In this document: piece after piece, positions 49,762 through 60,300 of the stretch
Numbering within the stretch: the first letter of the stretch is position 1
How the letters are laid out: each line of letters starts with the position of its first letter
Position numbers and translations under genes: made by a program
Origin: Phoronis australis
Lineage: Eukaryota > Animalia > Phoronida
Direction of reading: 5' to 3'
Length of the DNA: 64,000 nt
Assembly (NCBI GenBank): GCA_002633005.1
Contig: NMRA01000521.1
Coordinates: 242,234-306,233, forward strand
The notes under the pieces: model-generated
What the model was told of the DNA's origin: nothing
Seen by the model: the letters and a program-made list of their open reading frames with translations, nothing else
Database searches by the model: none

Positions 49762-51369
49762 CTAAACTTCTTTCCTCACCATCCTAGGAAGAGCCTGGTT
49801 AGTATCTCTCAGACTGACCTTTTGCACAGGGGTCTTTTCCGACTTTTTAGCTGTATTACCATCACTGAAACTATTTATTGGAATTTGTTTATTACCATTG
49901 ATGAGCCCTCTTTGTTCCTGACCTTGACCTCTGTTTCTTCCTAAATTGTTATCTGCAACATTTGCCTGGTCAGATACGATGCCTTTGGGCGCAGATAATT
50001 TCTGATTCTTTAACACATTGTCCCCTGTACCCTTCCCACCACTGGCAGCTGGAGGACTTTGATTTTCAACCTTTGTCAAGTGCTTATTTTCAGTGGGGCG
50101 GTGGCCAATCATTTGGCCAGTTAATTTCTGCTTCCGAAATGAACTGTCCCCTGAACCCTTCACAACATGGATAATTGGAGGGTTTTGACCTGAGACTTTT
50201 TCAAAACCTTTGTTTTGAACAGTACGAACGTCTTGGTGTTGGCCACTGTGAATGGTTCCTTTAGCCAAATCTTGATCTTTAACCATGACTTTACTCTTAG
50301 GCCCAGCTTGTCCTGAATTAGGAACAACATCCAAAGGTGGATTTAAATCTCTCTTTTGAACCTGTGGATTATTTAGACCTCTATTCTCAAGTTGAGATGA
50401 GCCCATAGAGCCACCACCTCCATTCTGCATCAGCTTCGTGTGAACTGGCTGCATATTGTCTCCAGTACCTTTACTATCTGTTTGTGGTGGAACATTTATA
50501 AACTTCTTCTGTTGCATCAAATCAGTCCTCGGTGCTATGTTCTTGTCGTGGAAAGGCCGGGCTGGCCAGGACTTGGGACCATTGGAAAGTGCTGAGGCAA
50601 TGAATTGATTATAGTACTTTAATCGATCTTGAACCATCTCCACGTTAACTGTCAGCCATTCATCAACAGTGTCATGGTAGAAGATGCTGGACATCGCCAC
50701 CTTCATTTGCTTGTCAATGTCCGTCAAATTTTTCAACATGCTTGGGATCTTGCTCTGAGCATACTTGAGCTGGCCAGGACTGAAGTAGTTGTACTTGGCG
50801 TGGTATTTCGTCGCCCAGCCTTGGAACATGTGGTTGCCCTCGAACAAATTCATGTAATACATGACAAGGCGTAGTTGCATCACCGCCTTATAGACATCAC
50901 TGCCAGGGAACTCTCCAGAGACCTCTGACAACTTGGGCATTTCAGGCACTTCCAACTCGTATGTGTTCGTCATCTTGAGCAACTTTTTGGAGATGTTTTC
51001 CAACAACTGTTTGTCGATAGTACCATACTTGGAGGCCTGGAGACACACAACCATGGACGGCACTGCCTGTGGCAGCAGTTCACACAAGGTTGCAAAATGG
51101 TCAAATCGTTGCCAGCCAGTCATAGCGATTCCGCGAAAGTTGATGTGGTGACGGTGTTTGCTGAGAACCTTCAACCAGGCCATGTGGTTTTTGAGGTGAT
51201 AGAATGCATTGGTAATGTACTGGTTGCTTCCAGTAGCTCCCTTGAATGAAGATGCCACCCACATGTTGGGAAATGCTTTGCTGTACTTTGCTAGAAGTTC
51301 ATCGGTAATGTATTTACCCACATCGGGTGGATACCGCCAGATCATAGGCTCGACCAGGTTGCTGACAGA
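49762..51369 (-). CDS. HEXD: HEXD-like terminal exon, including long low-complexity tail
   Basis: TTCCAG acceptor, SVSNLVEPMIWRY..., open to TAG at 49762. Confidence 0.92.
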   Translation of the reverse strand, partial: SVSNLVEPMIWRYPPDVGKYITDELLAKYSKAFPNMWVASSFKGATGSNQYITNAFYHLKNHMAWLKVLSKHRHHINFRGIAMTGWQRFDHFATLCELLPQAVPSMVVCLQASKYGTIDKQLLENISKKLLKMTNTYELEVPEMPKLSEVSGEFPGSDVYKAVMQLRLVMYYMNLFEGNHMFQGWATKYHAKYNYFSPGQLKYAQSKIPSMLKNLTDIDKQMKVAMSSIFYHDTVDEWLTVNVEMVQDRLKYYNQFIASALSNGPKSWPARPFHDKNIAPRTDLMQQKKFINVPPQTDSKGTGDNMQPVHTKLMQNGGGGSMGSSQLENRGLNNPQVQKRDLNPPLDVVPNSGQAGPKSKVMVKDQDLAKGTIHSGQHQDVRTVQNKGFEKVSGQNPPIIHVVKGSGDSSFRKQKLTGQMIGHRPTENKHLTKVENQSPPAASGGKGTGDNVLKNQKLSAPKGIVSDQANVADNNLGRNRGQGQEQRGLINGNKQIPINSFSDGNTAKKSEKTPVQKVSLRDTNQALPRMVRKEV

Positions 51370-54300
51370 CTGGAATGAATATGATACAGTTCATTAAGAC
51401 ACAGACCTCACAAGGTGAAACCGCATAAGACATTGCTTAGCTATAAGAGAAAGCATATTACTGAGATAGTCTCACACATATCACTCACTTGATACACCAC
51501 CCAACCAGAAATCAATTCAACTTTAAAAGGTTTTCATTCAGAAGAGACATCTTCAAACTTGAAACAATGTGTGCTTATTATGATTTGGTCGACAGGTAGC
51601 GGTAGAGACTACTAAACATTCAATCATACAAAAGAGTGATAACTCAAATGAAAGAATCGTACATGCATCTGGATGAGAAAACATGGGATTATCCGCACAT
51701 GCATCTAGATAAGAAAACATGGGATTATCCGAAAAAACTGATAACTTGCATGAAACTAGCGGAATATACAAAAATAAGATTACAGCCACCAGCTGCACTA
51801 AATATTAGTTTTTAATTATTATAAACTGAGATAACGGAAAATTACACCCACGCCAACTTGTCAAGTCATTAAAATGAACCGTTAGACAATTATACTCAAG
51901 ATATCATTGATTTGTATTTAATAATCAACAAAAACATCACCCAAACAATGCGCATATCTTACTTTCAGAACGTCCAGGGGTGTGTGGCGGTACATGTCAT
52001 CCCACATAACTGGTACCTTCCCATACTTGCGAACAAACTCTGAAAAGACCAAAATTTTGAGAACAAAAGTCTGTCTTAATTTGACTAATTACAGTACAAG
52101 CCCAGAGCTCTAAAAGACCCTGGGCAGTGTTTCAAAGACAAATAGTTCCATAAGTACTGCGATTCCAATTTAAGCTGAGAGTTCCAAAACATAACGACTG
52201 TGGGCAGGTGGAGTTCTTACTGAAGACGGTAAAAAAATTCAATGTTATGACAACTGCAAGGTCATTCTATTACTGTCATGCTGGGAAATGGAGTGTTATC
52301 CAATAAGTCAAAGTTTGGCAAGTATCGAAAATTTTGCAAACAGGCCATGGCCTAGTATTTGGAATTTTCCAAATATAGACTTGAGAAACTACGTCCATAG
52401 CCAAAAGTAAAATTTTCTATCGTTTGAAGAATTCCGAAAATGAACAGCACCGATTAAAATCAATACCTTATGAGGAACAGACTTATAAGCCATCGATGAA
52501 ACTCTTAGAAATTTACTAGGCAGACTCCATTACAATTCGCCACTAGGAAGTGCCACAGTAGTAACATCTGTGCAAAAACAACACCAGTCGTGTTTTCTGA
52601 ATGGAAAGCCATATGCCAAAATTTCGTGAAGAAAAATCAACGAACTTTATAGATTTTGAGACAGAGAAGAAAACCCAAATTGCCACAAGATAGCACCACA
52701 GCAGCCTGATCCATCTAACAAGAAACATGGCCCGTGCTTTCTCTTCATGAAGATCCACAGAGGAACTTGGAAGACAATGAACCAGGAACAAAAGAAACTG
52801 CCTCTAAGGGGTGCTATAGTCATCAGAATTATCCAAAAACCAAACGTCGGTAGCATACATTGTAGCTCTCCTCATTGTGACCACACATGCCTAAGATCGA
52901 TAATAAGATAACAATTGCCACCAGGGTATGCCAGAATAGACCTGTCTGAAGTAATATCAGGCAAATGGAACTCTGCTCAATAAATAAATCTGCCAACTTT
53001 AATGATGATTTTTCAAGTGGTTTGGCAAATAGATCAAAAACCGGACAATCGCCGCACAAATAAAAACGTTTATGTTCAATTCAACGTTTCGTCTTTTCAT
53101 TAGACATCATCAGGATCATATTTACAACAATTTAGGACAACAAGTGCCAACATACAGCTCAGGTAACATCCATAGAGTGAAGTGAGGGATACATAGAATA
53201 TAGTCAGTAGCTGGTCATTACCATAGTTGCAGGGTCACCGAGCTCTGCATGTTATTCAGAGAATCAGTGGCATGCTGGTTCTGAATGGCCAATGATTCTT
53301 TAATGTACAGTAACTCCTTATTAGGTTCTCTGCAGATAATACTAACAGAGTTGGCTTGGTGATTGTAGCTAATACAATGCCTATATACGTTACTTTTCTC
53401 TGAGGTGTGATGGTTGCCCTCTGAATTTTCTGAATGGCTGTAAAAGGCACTTTCTTTCAAAAATGAATGAGGCAGATAAGATAGCTGTTATTGGACCCGA
53501 GAAAAAGAAAGTTTTCTTTTCTCTTGGTTACACCAGGCCAAGTAGTATAAAATTGAAACGCCAATTATCTCGCCTTATTCATTGCATAGACCCAGCAGTT
53601 GAACTGATAGTTGTTTTCAAACCCCTTCGGAAACTTTCCAATATGCTGTGTAAACTGAAGTCACCCATCCCTTTATTGAACAAGAGCAATGTTGTGTATA
53701 AGGTTGAATGTGACAACTGTAAGGAATTCTATATAGGACTCGCACAGAGACGCCTCTGTGACAGGTTGAAAGAACATCACACCACAGAGAAAAGTAACAT
53801 ATACAGGCATTGTATTAGCTACAATCACCAAGCCAACTCTGTTAGTATTATCTACAGAGAACCTAATAAGGAGTTACTGTACATTAAAGAGTCATTGGCC
53901 ATTCAGAACCAGCATGCCACTGATTCTCTGAATATTATGCAGAGCTCGGTGACCCTGCAACTATGGTAATGACCAGCTACTGACTATATTCTACATTGTA
54001 TGTATCCCTCACTTCACTCTATGGATGTTACCTGAGCTGTATGTTGGCACTTAATGTCCTAAATTGTTGTAAATATGATCCTGATGATGTCTTATGAGAA
54101 GACGAAACGTTGAATTGAACATGAACTTTTTTATTTGTGCGGCGATTGTCTGGTTTTTGATCTTATTGTGGCCAAAAACTGATTTAATTTGGCAAATAGA
54201 GAGGCAGACACCAAAGAGATTCGTAAAAATGACCACTAGGCAGTGCAGAAGAGGCTGAATGCTTCTGAAACTGCTGTAATGTTATGGTAGTGTCCTTCAT

Positions 54301-57300
54301 ACTAGATAGTTATGTGTCAAATGTCATGAAGATCTAACAACTAAGGAATATAGTAGACATTGACTGAGGCAACACGTAAAGAAAAACTAAATTGCTTACA
54401 TCTCCTTAATCTGGGTAGCCTCATCAACATGAGATGGGTAAGCAATAGATGTTCCGTCCTAGATAATGTTACTTGGCAACTATCATAAAGATTTCAAGGC
54501 TATTACAGATTTGCAAGACACGACTGCCCACCGTATTCCAACATTACGCACCCGCGCTGTGGGATGAGTATCCGGATTTCACTGATTGACTAGTTGGGAT
54601 ACAGCCGTGTCATTATCAGTTCAACAGCGATAGCAAGGGGAGAAAGTTGGCAAACCAATGTTCACATTGTCCAGCTCTCTCATTGTCTGCGTTCATCTGA
54701 TAAGAAAAACAGTGAGCCTGATGCTAACAGACACTTAAAAATACTATTTTTCAAATGATGCTCAACAGATGTTGTGAAAATGTGTTTTGTATGAAATACT
54801 ATCACAAAAAAAACTTTAAACAGAAAAAACAGATGACTTCTAAGAAATTAGACTTAACTTTCATCTGCTGCTTCCTTTGTGTGACTGTAAGCTCTGACCT
54901 ACTTACTACCACAACATTGTGTTTGTTAAGTATAATTGAACGTGATATTAGATCAGTTCGTGATGCTGGAAAATTATCGGTTTTAATAGTCCAGGGGGAA
55001 TGGTATGCAATGATTAAGCATTGTCAAATGAATACTGGTGCAGAACTGGACGAGAAGCAAGCAATCGGAAAGTGAACAACTCTGTCATTGTTAGTATTTC
55101 AGTTTCCCGTGTCATGGACAACAACAATGCGTCCAACAGGTCCAAATACAGCATGCACCCATGACCAGTTGGAGTACACTCGTCTCCAATTTAGTTCTTG
55201 ACCCAAGTATTCATTGTCCGAAGTGTCGCCCTGACTTTTTGCTTCAATTCGTTATTACTTAACTCTCTGTTGCTAGATCATGCTCTTCATATGTAAGAGT
55301 GAAATGTTACATTATTTATTGCGCTTTAGAAAATAAATATAAAGTTTTCAGAAGCTGCACTGATTGTCAGATGTTTGCTTGCAATTCAAGGGCACCATAA
55401 TTATGTTTGGTCCATACCCATAAATACTTGCTACAGAAGTTAGCATCGTACCTGCCATTCCACGGACGTGGCTCAAAAACAGCTGGTCCTTTGTAAATTC
55501 GCCAGATTCTACTTTACGCTTACACCGACCTTGACCTAAATGGTACACCTGTGATGGAAATGTAGACGGAGTTAGCCCTATTTAACATTATAAATTACTT
55601 GTGGTCAGAAGATTCTTTAATGACTGCAAATTAAAGGAATAAAGTGCAGTACTCGACTTGGCAACCTGCAGTTCGACAGTGCAACCTCACACTGTGTTTG
55701 GCTACCTGGGAAAAATCCAAGTGGCCAAGAAATATCTGCAGCGAGTATCAGTCAGACAATAATTCGCCCAAAATTTGTTTCAAAGTTTATGACAATTGCC
55801 AAACTTTAAAGTACTACCACACTTCTAGATTTAATGCCTTCCCTTCATAATTGTTCCGTTTATTCTGTGAACACATCGTCTGCTTAGATTACAACATGAT
55901 GTGAACAGACGGAAGCGGAAATCATTTCGCAAAATAGGGCATGATTGGTGAAATACGTGCCTCCAGTTTGAATGATGCATAATGTTTTTATGGGGAGAAA
56001 TTGAAGACTGAGCCAGGTGTAAGTTTCTGAGCATGGAGTTCAGAAAAACCTTTTTTAGTTGACAACTTCTACATGAGATGTAAGTTTTGACCGCCTCAGA
56101 TTTCAAAGCCAAATGTGATTTGCCATCAAGCATCGAGCATCATTGTGTAAAATTTCCACTTATTCCGCACAATATAAGTTGTGTATACTTTTCCAATACT
56201 AGGGGTGTGTGAAACAGAATATACACGGCTAGGCTCGCGCTAGCCGCTCGCCAGTTCACCATTGGCAAATTCTGAGCAGCACTAGTGATGGCAGAGCTAA
56301 GTCCGTTCGCCAACTTGGAAAATGCTTTCAGAACTTGACTATGAAAATCAATTTCAGGAAACCTACTAGAGTGTCAAATCACTGTCACCTCCAATCCGCT
56401 TGTGCATAACATGAAAAATAAAAAGTTCGGTCAGTGTAACTGTACTTAATCAATTGCGGGGGTTAGGAAAAGAGAAGTAATTTTGAAAACGGATAAAAGT
56501 TTTCAGATGCTTTATTCATTTTGGCAAAAACCCTTAAATGTCCAGTGCGAGCCTAGCAGGGGTGTGCAAAATAAATTGAGTAAGCAAGCATCATCAACTG
56601 CTGTGTGCCAATTTAATTAAGTGTGGCCCATGGGTTGCCAGTGTGGCCCATGGGTTGCCAATGTGGCCCATGGGTTGCCAATATGATTCTTTCAATAGAC
56701 ATGAGCGTTACATTTATCCTGTTTCAATAAATACTTTATCCCATGATTGTTTGTGAAATGCTGTGTTAATTCCAAAAACATGTAGGTCACAAGACATTCC
56801 TCACAGTCAGCATGGATAGGGATGAATGAAGTTACAGTGGTGGATATACAATGCTCAAACCTTATTAACACTGACAGTTATAAACTAAAGATGACTGTGT
56901 ATTACTAGCATTAACGATACGGCTTTGCCTGCAAAATTGATCATGTGTACAATAGGTCTGGTGAGAAATTCCCAACATGAAGCCTCGAATGAGATAATTG
57001 AGGGACAGAAACTTATTTTTTTCAAATAATTTTGTGTGTGAAATGAGGCGAATGTGTTCAATTAGTGGAGAATTACCATTTATGATATTAGGTAGCATTT
57101 CAAAGGTGCATGGATGCAAAATCTTACAAGACTGAGTTAAAGTTAAAATGAGACAATCGTGCATGCACAATACAGATTCACAATTAATGGTACATTTAGT
57201 CTTACGGTGAGACACATTTTAAACATTTCAATAGCGCTTCATTTTAGTTCTGCATTGTGGCAAATTCTTAAATAAGGCCAAGTTCGAACTTAGAAATGTT

Positions 57301-60300
57301 AAGAACCTTTTCTAGCTTTTGTAACATTGTACTTTTACATCATAATGAGCATGCGATATATATGGCATACAACACATGTCTAAAAACTCATTTTACATTA
57401 TTCACATGCCACCCCATCAGAAGGCAGATCAGATGTCTGACCTACTAACTGGAAAAAAAAACAACTGAATGCTGATTAGATGTGATTTACGCCTTCTCAT
57501 GGTGACTTGCAAACTTAGTACTAACAGTTTTCCTAGATTTAATACGGTCCTTTGAAGCACAACTGTACTGTTTATTTCGTGAAATCAGTGCATTTGTCAC
57601 CCTCAGCAGTCACCACAGATCAACCATGCACGTAAATTACAAATTGATGGAAGTTGGACTTGTTTAGCAAAAAACGGGCAAGCCTGGATCATGAAACACA
57701 CACATCCAGTGCATACGATTGTCTGCGTTCATCATTTGCAGGAGGGATTTGAGTTTGAGATTGAATGATGCATATTTTTAAAGGGAGAAATTGAAGAACC
57801 AAGCAGAATTTTCTGAGGACAGAGTATGGCAAGACTTTTTTTTTTTAGTCGACGAGTTCGACATCAGTTTTGGTAACCTCTGATTTCATTTGACCATGTC
57901 GTGAACACATCCACTACAAGAAACTGTAGGAACACTGCATTTATCCACCTTCACTCTTATCAGGCTTCTATTGTGAGTCAGCATGCGTGAATAATGGGGC
58001 TATTCGGAAAATCTACAATAACTAGAGGGCGTCCATGTACTAGTGGTGATAGATTAACAGCCTCGATTTCGCGAGCCCTTTAAATACATGGTGAAATGGC
58101 TTGCAACCGTGTCAACTGAATCTGAGATTGCGTAAAAAGGGTGTTTCTATGAGAGGAAGTAAGCACGACCTCATACAAAGGTAAGGTTTGTGATTATTTT
58201 AACGATTATTCCATGATTATTCTACCGATGGCTGTTAACTGAGGCACTCGCTGATGTCGACTTCGCGGCAGTCAGTCGCCAGCCAGAGTCTGGTTAATCT
58301 TTGTATGTTGTGATATGTGATACGATACTTGATGTAGCAATCGGGATCTTTTCGTACATCAAAGCATTATTATTGTTTGGAATGATTTCTAAAAGTTTAT
58401 CAGTGACAGTTACATCAATCAATGCTGAATGTTTATGCTGTCAACTCGATACAGGTTAATGAGTTAAGATTACAATCCAATCCCAATGGCAAAGGGTACG
58501 TGAGTGATAAATATCCATTGCATTTGACTATTTGTTTACTCCCTATCATATGTCTTCTGGAAATCTATTACACGTTGAAATGGAAATCTATCACGTTAGT
58601 TTTCACGTATCCTTTGGTTTTTAAGTTTGAAGGCTTGTACCGTGCAGAGGAGATGTGCATCGCTTCTGTACCGTCCCTGAATGGACAAAAATTGGTTTTT
58701 AGCATTTGACTGTAGCTAACCAACAAGATCTTCCCATCCAGTGCAGATCTGTTGTCAAAGCCTACATTCAATATTGGAGACAACGAACAAAGCCTTTGAA
58801 AAGGAACAGCTATTTTTAAAGTCATTTTGTTAAATTACTTATTCAAGTCCGGAGGGGGGATTGGCATGGGGGTTGTAATATTTGGTACTACTGAATGTGT
58901 GGAAATAACAGGTAATACATGTTTGGGGAAAAGAGTATGGTGAGGTAATTCTTAACCTTCATAAGTCCCTTCAAGTTGATTTCATGAAACTGTTTTGCTA
59001 CTTGTATCAATTGTAAAACCACGAAAATATATTACATTTTCCGAATTCACAGTGACTGAATAGTCTTAACTCATGCCTTGAAATGTTGCAAGTCGATATA
59101 AATTCAAATGACTGTCATTTTTGTGAAAATTGCATTTTTGATGGTGCCTTATTATTTGTAATTACTCTTAAACAACAGAAACATTATCCATCATTTTTAG
59201 TGACCCAAGTCTTCATATCTTCTATTAGAAGAAAAACAGTTCCCTCAACCTTAGGCTAGAAGTATGCTTGACAGACCCATGAACCTGTAATCTGAGTTTA
59301 AAATTGCTGAAAGAATCAAAATTAAAAAGGCTTGAAAATGGGTAACNNNNNNNNNNNNNNNNNNNNNNNNNNNNNNNNNNNNNNNNNNNNNNNNNNNNNN
59401 NNNNNNNNNNNNNNNNNNNNNNNNNNNNNNNNNNNNNNNNNNNNNNNNNNNNNNNNNNNNNNNNNNNNNNNNNNNNNNNNNNNNNNNNNNNNNNNNNNNN
59501 NNNNNNNNNNNNNNNNNNNNNNNNNNNNNNNNNNNNNNNNNNNNNNNNNNNNNNNNNNNNNNNNNNNNNNNNNNNNNNNNNNNNNNNNNNNNNNNNNNNN
59601 NNNNNNNNNNNNNNNNNNNNNNNNNNNNNNNNNNNNNNNNNNNNNNNNNNNNNNNNNNNNNNNNNNNNNNNNNATATGAATATGTGCTGCTAGCCTACCC
59701 GGCATCGGGTGAGTTTCCAAAAAGAAACACTTAGTTCCACTCAATAAAACTGTTATTCAGTGGGGTAACTGGTGGGGATAACATCACCGAACGATGTTGA
59801 TAGAAACTGATTGCTAAAAACTTACCAAGTAATGTTGTGTAGTCTCCGAATGGAACTGCATAGTCATAGACATAGTCATAGAGCACACACGGGGCTTCAG
59901 CATCCACACACTTTTTGTCAGTTAGTTGACCCTCTTGACCGCAATTGTCCACGAATATAGTAACCTTAGGTCTTTTGGGAATTTGTGGCCACCTGTCGAA
60001 GACTTGCCCCAGGGAAATTAGCAGTAATAAGGCTTAGCGCGACGACGTATTTTGATAAAAATTCCATCATTTACCAGTTGTTTACATGCAGACAGCCACG
60101 CATGCACAATTCAATCACCACTAGTACAACAGTGACACCGCGAGGAGATTTCTCCGAATAGCCCCATTGGCTGATAAGCCACCTCTGGAACTACTTCTGG
60201 CTGAATGGATGACCAGGCCATAAAATGATAATTAGCCGAGACCAGTTACTAATGCAACAAAGAATAATGTCATAGCATCACCTAGCCTTGGTGGAAAGCT

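Larger units (their letters stand above)
53034..54187 (+). mobile_element. 5'-truncated Penelope-like retroelement with inverted arms and 13-bp TSD
   Basis: TTTGGCAAATAGA at 53021-53033 and 54188-54200; about 380-bp inverted arms (53031-53412 vs 53775-54163); GIY-YIG ORF fragment inside. Confidence 0.9.
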
